Assembly: GCF_002571385.2 (NCBI RefSeq)
Contig: NW_019217921.1
Location: 451,476 to 515,475 of the forward strand
Source of the DNA: Stylophora pistillata
Lineage: Eukaryota
Direction: 5' to 3'
DNA: 64,000 bases
Shown: positions 13,801 through 25,800 of the stretch, in pieces
Position numbering within the stretch: the stretch's first letter is position 1
Layout of the letters: every line of letters starts with the position of its first letter
The notes under the pieces: model-generated
Database searches by the model: none
What the model saw: the letters and a program-made list of their open reading frames with translations, nothing else
What the model was told of the DNA's origin: nothing
Position numbers and translations under genes: made by a program

Positions 13801-16800
13801 TATGGTGAATGTGAAAAAAAAAAAAAAAAGAAAAAGAAAAGGAATTTATCCGTATTGGACTCTAACACTGAATACCACATTATGCTGATCACATAGGAGA
13901 CTGATATATTCACAGACACAAAAATGCATCGAGAAATAAAACCCAAGCAACAAATTCTCCATTACGGGCATCAGTTTCCATTTAAAAGTAATCAGTCTCT
14001 GTTTATAATTAAAGCAGCCATTTTAGGTCAAAAGAAGCTTCTATGTATCATCACGGTGTGCTTGCAGCAGGAACAATTTGACGGACTTCTACCTCGAAAG
14101 GTTGACTGGACGACGACTGATTCTCTCGCGGCTATTGACTCCCGTGTAAAAAGTGCGTTCATACCTTAATGGTTTTAAGAATTACGGCCATGACTTCCGA
14201 GCCTGTATAACTGTCGTTCGCTTCAAACTCACTTCTCAGCATATAGAACAACGTGTTCATGATACGTTTTACCTGCGTGATGCAAAAAGTAATGAATGTC
14301 ACACAACGTACTACAGGATGTGTCACGCAACAAAACGCATTGCTACCATTACAATTCCCAGCAAAATTCAGCGAAGGAATTGAGGTTGTTTCGTAAACAT
14401 GCCAAAACAGGCCTGTGAATTTCCAGTAAATTTGGTTTTAGACCATTTGTTTATAACGAGAGAAGACGAGCACACTGGAATGTTTGAAATTCTTACTTAC
14501 TTCATCAGTCACGTTAGCAGGGGGTTTTTCCTTGCTCATAGCGCTCTCTTCTTTTCCTTCCTTTAATCCTTTACTATAGGCTTCTGAAACGGCAGATTCA
14601 CGTTCCTGAAAAGGAATACAAATCAACAATGAAACTGAAAGAACTTACGCGAGGCCTTGGCGTTATGCAAATCAACACCTGATCCACCAGATGAAAAGCT
14701 TTGAATGTAATTGCCGTCAAGAATCACCTTTCTACTTAAATCTCCAAACATTTGATAAGTAACTGAATTCTACATTCTGCCTGTTACGAATGACAATTTT
14801 TTGTTTATCTAAATTCTAGTAAGCTAGACAAACCTCTTCGGCGGAAGAAAGTCGCTCTTCATATTGTTCCTTCATTTTCAGCGTTCTGGACCGAACTTCT
14901 TGGTACTGTTTAGTTGGACGAAACAAACAAAGATTTAACACAAGCCCAGTCGCAATTTCTTTTGCGTATTCAGGCGAGCCAAGGCAGAAACCTAGTTTTT
15001 TTTCTAAGTCTTCCGCTTGCATGTGGCTCGAGCTTCACGTTCGTCTCGCGCTTGACAACACCCACCACTAAATTTTTTTTTCACGTGTCCTGACGCTAGT
15101 TAATTTTATTCTTCCTACCTTGGCCTGGAGTGCAACAAGCTCTTGCTCTGATGAGCGGAGTGCTTCTATCTGCGAATCTCTGTCACCTTGAGAATCCTGA
15201 AGACGCTTGTACTGTTATTTAAAAGAAAAGGCAAACAGTTCTCTTGAGAAAATCGCGAAAAAACTTCTTTCGATCGTGTTTGCCCATTTTACGTAACACC
15301 CTGACATCCCGTAAAGTTGTTACCTTTTCATCCTAATCTTTATCTCATTTTCTTTAGGCCAGATAACTTGGAAAGGTAATGGTCATTTAAGGAGGGAAAG
15401 AGAATGTTTAAGGGAATGACAAGAAGGTAACATAGGCTATATTCAAAACTGTTTCGTAAGGCCAAATCGAAAGTTTTTCCATCTCGTTTATCTATAATTT
15501 GCAATCTATGTTCGTCTGATTCATCCGAAGCCATTATGATTCTTCCTCTGTGTAAAGTCGCCTTTTCTGTGCTTTCCTGTCTAACTATACCACCAATATG
15601 TAAACTCCTTCGAAAGTCAAAAGCAGGTTTGAATATCATTCAAAACCCAAACATCCTTACCTTTTCTCGTATTCCCACGAGATCTTCTAATTTCTCTTGG
15701 AGATCTTTGATCTTTTCTCCCTTTTTATCGTCGCCTGCTTTAAGCGTTGAAACCTTCAGAAAAATCAGGAAAACTGTCTGATAACACCAACACTATTTCA
15801 TAAACTGTGTCGATTCGACAGGTAGCATCAAGATACGGAAACATGTCTGTCAACGATCATAACTGGACAAAAGTTTTAAGCTATGACTCCACAAATTCAC
15901 TTTGTACCAACCAAGAAGACGAAATATTGACAATAAAACTGTTTTGAGCTCAATTTGCATGAAAAAAAGTACTGGTAAGAGCAAACAGTACTAACCTTTT
16001 CTTGAAATTCTGCCAGTTTTTTCACAGTCTCTTCCTTTTCATCAGTAACTTCTTGAAATCTCCTTTTCCATTTCTCTTCCGTCTGTGCAACCATTTTTTC
16101 TGCTTTTTCTGTCCACCTGGTTTCAAGTTCTGCTTCCGCCTGAGCGACCTGGAAAAAGGACCAGAACATTGTCTTTTCTTCCCAAGAAATCACTGTCAAG
16201 ATATTGACCTGCCGACCTGCCGACCTGCCGACCTGCCGACCTGCACCTTACGTAGTAGTAATAAATTAGTGGAGGGGTTGACTTTTCTCAAATGCTTCAG
16301 CCTGTGGTTGTACCTACGTCAAAAGCAGCGATTCCGACTATCAACACACAGTGGAGAAAGGAACTAAGCTGCGATCCACTCTACTTAGAAATGCAGCACT
16401 TGCAGCGAAGCCCACGAGATTCGAGGGGTGTGGCACGTGCCACAACACTCGCGCACCCATAGCAGACCTCTCGCACGCTCGCATAACTCCTGCCTCGGCG
16501 CAAATAAGAGTATGCTCGCAGCCTTAGGCTATGGAAACGAACACTGACGACATAATCGGCCTTTGTACTACCTCAGTGATTAAATGTTGGCAACGTAAAT
16601 GGATCAAAACAAGAAACAAAGAGCAAATGCTAACCTGTTGAGCTGTTACCGTTCCACTTGAGTGCTTCTCTTTTCTGTGTTTTTCCTTCAAAAATCTTAA
16701 TTCCTCCTACCAGGGAGCAGAAACGCAATAGAATTGTAATTGCTGATAACAATTGGGTTTTCACCTGGAGATAAGGCTCATGTCTCTTTGCTGAGTTTCC

Positions 16801-19800
16801 AAAGTCAAGGCAAAAAGTGTTGCACAATAGCCATTTTTGGCTTACACAGCTGGAGGTTATACCAGTCAAATTACATAAAATGAATCGGCTAGACGTATTG
16901 CTACCACGTTTCTGAATGACAGTGTGTCGTTATTGCAAGGAGAAAATACATCTTGGCCACTCGTAAGAGATTGGAGGCGCGGTGGCATCATGGTTAGTGC
17001 GCTCGACCCCGGATTGTGTGGCTCGGGTTTGAGCCCTGGCCAGGGACATTTTGTTGTGTCCTTCAGTAAGACACTTTACTCTCACAGTGCCTCTCTTCGC
17101 CCAGGAGAATTAACTGGGTACCGACGAATTTAATGATTTGGATATCTCCCACTATGAACTAGCATTCCACCCAGTGGGGAGTGGTAAAACTCAGATGTTA
17201 AAATGATCCTGAGTAAAAGCCTGTATACTTTTTCAACTACCTCTTGTTGTGATCGTAGTTCCTCTAATTCTTCCTCGAACTTCTTCTTGTCGGCGGCATG
17301 TTTCTTTTTTCGATCTGTAAGACCCTGCAAAAGACACAAATATCAAGTAAATCACTGAACAAACAGTTGTAGCGAGGCAACAAATACATGACAACATTAA
17401 ACAGCAATCAGATGTCAAGTTTTGTACCAAACACAGTTGGCCGTTCTTACCTTTTCCAAATTTTCTTTTTCGTGTTTTAAATCATTCAACTCCTCTTCGA
17501 TGTGCTCCACTTTGCTTTCCAGCCTTTTCCTTGTCTGTTTTTCCTCTTTAAGAGACAGTTTCAGCTTGTCGCTCTCTTCTGCACTTTCTATGGTCACACA
17601 CACACACGCACAAAAACAAAATCAAATCAAAAATCACTACTAGATTTCCTGACCTTGCAATGCAAGACAAATGAAATAGACGTGCCCGTCAGATTAAGAA
17701 GAGAGAAAAAAACCAGCTGCTTAATAAACTTATCCAGTCTGGAAAGCTTCAGACCTGTCCTTCAAATTAGCGGCATAATGACGCACATTTGGCGTTAATT
17801 GCTATGCTTACAGGTGTAAAGCATGGGCGGCCTTAGTTTGCGACAACCATAAGAGGACATTTCTCTTTTATAAACCAACCCGTGTGCGAGTCTTTAGCAC
17901 GCATCAGGTCATTCCTGTATTTGTCAGTTTCTGATGTCGCCTTGCTGAGTTGGCCGCTGAGTTCTGCTTCCCTCTGACGGAGTGACGCTACTTCGTTCTG
18001 GAGGGCTGCCAAATGCGTCTTGGCTGATGTCAGCTCGCTGCTCATGGTAATCTAGGAAACGAACAACAACAAAATGATAAATAACCAACACAATCCAATT
18101 ATTAAGCTACGCACTTGGAGATGATGGGCCGGTTATCAATACGAGGTTTAACCCAAACGGCGGTTTCGCGCAAGTAGTGGACCTCAGGGATCCTTTATAA
18201 GAGGTTTGATAAAATATATGCCCTCTCATTATTAGCTTTCGGCCCTCTTGACACTGTTTACAAAAGATAAACGTTCAGATAAAAGGTTCGGCTGAATTGA
18301 AGTTGGCTTAGAACGCGGTTTTGTCAAACAACGGCTAAACCCAATAAGTTGGACCTCTTCTCTAGATCACCTTCTATGATGTTTTTTTTACCCCTCTCCC
18401 CCTTCCAATGTTGTTAATTGCTCATGTTTCTATGCCATCTTGCAAACCGACATTGAGGGGGGCAGGGAAGGTAAGAATTGTCCAAAAACACTTTCCGAGA
18501 TATTCTCCGCCGAACATAACAGTGCAAATTAAAGCACCATGATATCAAGTTGTTAAGGGACAAAGAGAGTTTTGGAGAATACCTTTTCTTGTTCTAGCGA
18601 TAATACCCTTGCTTGTGACTGTGCTGTGTTAACCTGTAGAGAATCACTTCTTTGTTCCAACATCGTGTTGCTATGTTCAACAAACCTGAAAAATCAAGGT
18701 GACCACAATTTAAGCTAGAGTGGATAAAAATGTAAAATCAGAATGGACCCATATACATACACATGTATCTGCTAAAATATTTGTTGTACCCTCGGAATGA
18801 TCACATGACCATAAAATACCTCTGACTCTTCTAAAGCAACTCTGTTATCTCTGTTGTACCCTCGGAATGATCACATGACTATAAAATACCTCTGAATCTT
18901 CTGAAGCAACTCTGATATCTTTGTTGTACCCTCGGAATGATCACATGACTATAAAATACTTCTGACTCTTCTGAAGCAACTCTGATATCATTGTTGTACC
19001 CTCGGAATGCTCTCATGACTAGAAAATACCTCTGACTCTTCTGAAGCAACTCAGATATCTTGTCATTGAGCGTCTCAATCTTCCTGGACTTTTCAGAACC
19101 TTCAGCTTTTACCTTTTCATTTTCCTAAAATCGTAGGAATGAGGTTTAATAAAATGGAAGTACCTGCATTGTGATAGTATACATGACCAATACATACAAA
19201 TAGGTTCCGATGGTAAAACGTGGTTTTCCGATGGACTTTGCAAAATCTTCCAACGGAATTAAGATGACCGGAGGTCGTTACGGGAAAGAGTACCGGAAGT
19301 CAGACGAACATCAAGAAGGGAACAAAATTTAACGCTGTCCAATGGACTCCATCATAATCCATTTGTCGGATGGTATTCGATGAGGTCCATCAGAATACAT
19401 TTAAATTACCAGAAGTCTAGTGGTGACATAAAACAGAATCTCCTAACTCAGACAAGAGCAGTAAACGTGAAATATGCCTATTTCGTAGAGCCATGAAGTG
19501 AAACGGCTCATCTCAAGCGCGGAACGGACCAAAACCGTCCTTACCACAACTCCCCTTAAAGGAGATGATCGATAGGAAAGTCCCCCCACCCTATGTTGTT
19601 CTGTGATTGGCCAGCTCTCTGAAGGACAAGATATGTGACAAGTCCCTCCTCAGCATATGAATAACTCTGTTCTCCAATAAAGCGAGAAACTACTGGGAAA
19701 CTAGCAACTTAAATGAAAATCATACTTACTACGTGATGCATTGAATAGTGATGCGAAAAAGCAACAGAGACAAAACTGCACATTTGATCAAGTTAGTATT

Positions 19801-22800
19801 ACCTGCACAATTCTGGTAATGTTGTGAACTAAAACAGCAGCTTCCATTGCCGCTTGTGGATTACCAAATGCACCGATTCCCATCTGTCCAACCTGAGTGA
19901 GCTGTCCACCAAGCTGTCCTGTATTCTGTTGATGACGCTCAACCTGTGAAAAAATCGCCCTGAATATAACATCTCATAGCTGTGTTTGATCACGTAGGGA
20001 GTCATAAAAAAATCGTTAAAAAAATATTTCGGTAAAATGGAACTCAAAGCTCATGTGTAGTAGGAGTGTACTGGTTTTACTTTCAACGAATCTCTTTGCA
20101 GGATGCAAGTACTGAATATTTGACTTCAGGGTATGATGCTCGAAATAAAACTAGGAATTGCCACATTCACAGTTCCTGCATCGCAGTGCTGCAATACCAA
20201 CCTGCTTATTTCAAAAGGGGAAAAAATATACGAAGCGAGATACTGATTGGAAAACGAACAATAATTTCATAGCTTCTACTGTCACAGCGTTTAAATTTGC
20301 CCCACATAAGTAGAAAAAGGCATTACTAAGAAACTAGAGCTTTCTAATAAATTATCCATTAATTTTCGACAAAGGCAGACTCAGGAATAGCATGATAAAG
20401 TAATACCGATGGTCAAGGTGGCTCACCTTGTTCGAAAGCTCGTCAATCTTGTCTGATAGCTTGCCGATAGACATGCGTATTTCGCCTTGCTGCTGTCGTG
20501 TCTCTGCCATAAGCACTGGAACCATTGCGTCATTAGCTGTAGGCTGCGGTGGAGGGGGTGGGGGTGGGGCTGAATATGGTGCAGTGATCATCTGTGGCTG
20601 CGGTCCCATCATGGGATACCCCATGCTGGCTGGAGGCTATACAATAAAACCAGAACAGCAGTTCAGCTGATCTGTCATCAGCTACCTCTCTGGTAAGCTA
20701 ATTAGCTCTTTCAAGTTTGGTCTTTGTCCTTCCCGTGGAATTACTTTGGCAAACCACGGTTAGTTATCAAGCCTAGAGCTGTACCTTTCTGAAACACGGC
20801 AGACAAAGAATGACTTCTTTTAATAGTAACTTATAGAATAAAATCCTCCTTTCCAAAACGGCGGCTCAAAATCTCACATTTTGCACCCACAAGGCAAAGA
20901 AGTGATTGCACATAATTCAAACGAAATTGTTTGCAGCGATTTCTCTCACGTTCGTCCAAAGTTAACGTCTCAGAAGCTCAAAATGTTTTACAAAACATAA
21001 CCTAAAACCTTTTTTTATATTTCATACTAACGTATAACTTGTTTCAAATTTAGCATAATTATGTCTTAAAGCATGGTCACTGCGGCAAGGTACACCTTTA
21101 CACACTTCAATTTAAAAACACAGAACAAAATGGACAGTCACTCTTACTCAATTAAGTTTCCTTGAGGCAAGAAAAAAACGGCACTCAAAAAAAGAAACTG
21201 TTGGACTTTGCTGACTCCATGGGAATCTTAAACATAAACTTTCACTTTATATTGAAGGTCCACCAAACCTATTCTAAAACTCAAATAAAAGCAACACTTT
21301 CGTAACGTAAAATCTGGTTGCTATGTACAATTTATTTGACTTAAACAACAACAAACATATGAAACATATGTATGAACTGCGGTTATGAAACGTATATGTG
21401 CACGATCCTTCGCAGTAAAGCACTATTTGAGCAACAGTGAAAATCAGACCTGAAAAAAATCTCAGGCCTGTACGGGATTCGAACCACTGACCTCTGCGAT
21501 ACTAGTGCAGCGCTCTACCAATTGAGCTAACAAGCCAACTGGGAGCAGGCCATCAAATTAATTCGACATAAACCCGTAGATGATAAATCAAACAACAACA
21601 AACATATGAAACATATGTGTGAACTGCGGTTATGAGACGTATATGAGCACGATCCTTCGCAGTAAAGCACTATTTGAGCAATAGTGAAAATCAGACCTGA
21701 AAAAAATTTCAGGCCTGTACGGGATTCGAACCACTGACCTCTGCGATACTAGTGCAGCGCTCTACCAATTGAGNACATATGTTTCATATGTTTGTTGTTG
21801 TTTGATTTATCATCTACGGGTTTATGTCGAATTAATTTGATGGCCTGCTCCCAGTTGGCTTGTTAGCTCAATTGGTAGAGCGCTGCACTAGTATCGCAGA
21901 GGTCAGTGGTTCGAATCCCGTACAGGCCTGAAATTTTTTTCAGGTCTGATTTTCACTATTGCTCAAATAGTGCTTTACTGCGAAGGATCGTGCACATATA
22001 CGTTTCATAACCGCAGTTCATACATATGTTTCATATGTTTGTTGTTGTTTGATTTATCATCTACGGGTTTATGTCGAATTAATTTGATGGCCTGCTCCCA
22101 GTTGGCTTGTTAGCTCAATTGGTAGAGCGCTGCACTAGTATCGCAGAGGTCAGTGGTTCGAATCCCGTACAGGCCTGAAATTTTTTTCAGGTCTGATTTT
22201 CACTATTGCTCAAATAGTGCTTTACTGCGAAGGATCGTGCACATATACGTTATTTAACTTAGTTGAAATTTAAAAACGATCTCTGGCTAAAATGATTAAA
22301 AACTACGAGCTTTCGACTGCCCGAACTGCAGTCTTCATCGGGTAAAATGAATGATAAGAAAGCGATGAGAAAACTGTTTCATCCAGGCTGCAGCCCTTCA
22401 TTATTTGACTTAATTAAAACCCACCTGATACAAAGCAACTTGCTGTTGTGGTGTGAAAGCTGGCTGCATCATTGGTTGTGGGTTCATGGCAGTCTGCTGG
22501 TATGGTTGTGCAGGAGGTGCTGGATTATGAACTGGCTGATGGACCTCAGGGTGAACTTGGGGTGCTGGTCGTGGAGGAAGAAGGGGTTTGGAGCGCACAC
22601 TAGGATGAGGGTTAGAGCTAAAGGGTGGAGGGCTTGTTGCATTCACATCTGTTGCTTCTGGTGCACTTGCTTCAGCATGAGTTGGAATCTCCTATCAAGT
22701 CAATTTCAGACACAATCAACACTATACGTATTTCATTAACTTAGTGAAAGGCGGAGGGGGGTCAGTTACAAAAAAAAAATTGAGTCTACATTGAGAAGAA

Positions 22801-25800
22801 CTCATTGTAGGCTGAAAATTTATTTATGGTCATGCGCTGTGCTTCAGAGGCAGTTAAAAATTCTAATCAAAGTACTATGTTTGCATTCTCTTCTGAGATT
22901 TTTTTTCTACTTTTGTAGGTAAAAGGCAACATGTTACATTTGTTCATTCAAAAAATAATTAATGTGCAGGTGCATGCATATGACTTTGATAATTACTATT
23001 TTTAGAGATTGTGTTACTTACCTGCTCCTGCTCTCCCAGTTCGTCATTTTCAGGTTCGGCAGCCACAGCTCCAGGAAGGAATAATGGATTTTTTCCCATC
23101 TTGGACATCCTGGCAAGTAATCGAGCTTTATCTGTGTTTTTCCCTGGAGACTACACAACAGAGAAACAGACTGAATCTAGCAAAAGGCACACTAGTCATG
23201 AATCTCAATATACTGCTGGATAGTATTGATTGGTAAATTCTATTATCCCAGTGACATAGGAGGACAGTAACCTCTTTGTCAAGATGTCACCAAGGAAACT
23301 GAGCTACAGTCCCCTTCCAAGCACCTGTCAAGACATCACTGTCACACTTGTAAAATGTGGAATTCACTCTTTCACAAAATTAGGAAGGGGGAAGGGAAAT
23401 GCAACATGCTTTACATGTTTATGTTGTAGCAGAAAAAAATTAGACAAAAGCACATAGCAATACCCTGCAAACTTCCCGAGAGCCCTCCTCCCCCCCCCAC
23501 AAACTTATGGATGAAACCAATTATGTCAACTACTTGCTCCAAAATTCAACATTTGCCTACAGTGTAATAGACTCTCAAAACAACAAAAAACTAGCATGGT
23601 CAGTGGCATTCAAAGTCTCCAAAAAAATTTATATCAACAGTGTATTTCCTGACCTGCGAAAGCTGTTCTGTGATTGAAGCAGTTCTACCTTTAATTCCAG
23701 AGTCTCCTGGGGAACTTAAAATTACAAGTAGGTCTGTTTAGTCAAAGTTAATTATAGTGGCTATGAGGGCTTTGTCATAAAACTGACACACCTTTGAATA
23801 GGGTAATTATTAAAGCCAAATAACCCTTGCTCATAAGAGGATTGCCATAGCAAAAACCTTCTTGAGATCTATCAATCCGAGAAACACTTTTTTTAAAGAT
23901 CTATGTGCCTGTGTGGTGTGCACAATATAAGGCAGTGAAGTGATTCAGAAATGAAATGAAGTGATTCTTACAGAGCTACTGGTGTAATGCCACATCAGCT
24001 TACTCAATAACATGTCAAGCTCTTTATTTCCATGGAGAGATAAATACACAGCACACTAATTTTATTTTGTGTTACCTTAGCGATGAGACAGAATCTGACT
24101 TTCTTGTTGTACCAGAAGGCTCAGACAGGATGTCAGGCAGTTGATCAGTATTTTGTGAAGGAGAAGGTTCATGAACTGTCACTGGGGATTCATTTGACTC
24201 TCTGCTGGACTTAATCTGTTGACAAATATTCTTCATTGGTACATAAAAGTCAACAGCAATATGTCTTGTTTTTTCATGAAAAAACAAAAAAATCAAAACA
24301 AGACAGAAATTACATGCAGAGGTATTTCTCCTTTGCTAGATATTATTCTACATAATTGTTTTTGTCATTATTACTATTATTGCTATTATTACTAATATTA
24401 TCATTATTGTTCTCATGATTACTACTTTCATTGCCAATGAGTGTCTTGATGTAAATGTAGGGATGTTGCCAACTTGGAAGTACAGTCCAACCTGTACTAT
24501 GTGGTCACACACCGGAATATCAGGGTGACTCCCTTAATGCAGGTTGACTGCTAATACAGGTTCCACAGAATAGGGGTATTAAAATAAAAAATAAAAAATA
24601 AAAAAAAAACATGAAAAACACCATTGCACACCTAACATTGATCTTGGGAGAGAAACATGGAAAACATGGATTAAAAGTTACTTGTAGAAGATTATTTTAG
24701 CTGTATCTGTGTGGTTCCATTTAAAGTGACTGTTCAATACGGATTTAGAAAAGGGTGAACATGACCACTTGAGGGAGGCAACTGCTTAACAGTAACAAAG
24801 GGGAAGCAAATTTGAGACTTTGACAACTGACTGGTTAATACACTTAATATGATGCCCCTTAATCCAGACTGGACTGTCACTTATACTTACCCTTAAAACC
24901 TCTACTTCAAACAATAGAGAGGAGTTGGGAGGCACTCTGGAAGGTACACCCTGCAAAGAAACACACAGCAAATTCTTGTAGTTTAATTTATTAGATTTGC
25001 TGACAGGCAGGGACACTGCAACAGTTTGCGCCAATTACAGCAGGCCCAGTAAACCCACCCATACCACCCCAGGGGAGGACATCCATCACACAGTTATCTC
25101 GTGTGTGGGAAATTAATATCTCCTGCCCCCCACCCTGCAGGAGACAGGACCTCCATTTATTTGGCCCTATCCAAGAAGACTAGAATATCTAACCATTTCT
25201 TGATTTTATAGAAAGGTAGCAAATTCTTCACAATTATTTTAAGACCTTGAGTGTTGGTCCGGCCAGGGCTTGAACCCTTGACCTCCCACACAACAGTCCA
25301 GAGCACTATCCATTGGGCTAACTTGTGCTTGTATCAACATTAGAGAGAATCCAAATCACCAGAATGAGTGGCTGTGAATTTACCCCTTTCACTCCCAAGG
25401 TCTGATTGCTACAGTAATTCTTCCCACTAGCTGCTAAACATTTCCTTATTTAAATTAATTACAAGAATTTGGTTTTAGATCAAGACAGCAACTTCTACCT
25501 GATCAGTTTGAGTATTTGCATCACCTGCTTGCCCCATGATGTATGGATGTTAATGGAAGAAGTTACATGTTAATCAATTCTGTGGAGTTATAACAAGTCC
25601 ACAGGTGCTTTCATGGCAGCTTGGTGCAGAGGAGTCAGCATGGTCAAGTGATGAGAGGGACAAACTCGCATGTAAATAGCCAACTGATTTGCCTCCTTCC
25701 AGTTGAGGTTTTTAATCATGTTACAATTCATTCAAATTCTTTGCTTGAGATTACTCAGTGCTCTTTATCATTTCCTTTGCTCAATACCTATTGCCTATTT

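Larger units (their letters stand above)
21345..22249. repeat. Inverted array of 247-bp units, each carrying a tRNA-like sequence and a T-run
   Basis: Two units on the minus strand (tRNA-like at 21464-21536, partial at 21711-21773), a single N at 21774, then two on the plus strand (21857-21929, 22104-22176). Copies are nearly identical. Confidence 0.9.

Noticed and set aside
21464-22176. Functional tRNA-Thr gene cluster
   Set aside because: T-stem and anticodon-stem mismatches and a repeat context indicate tRNA-derived elements.
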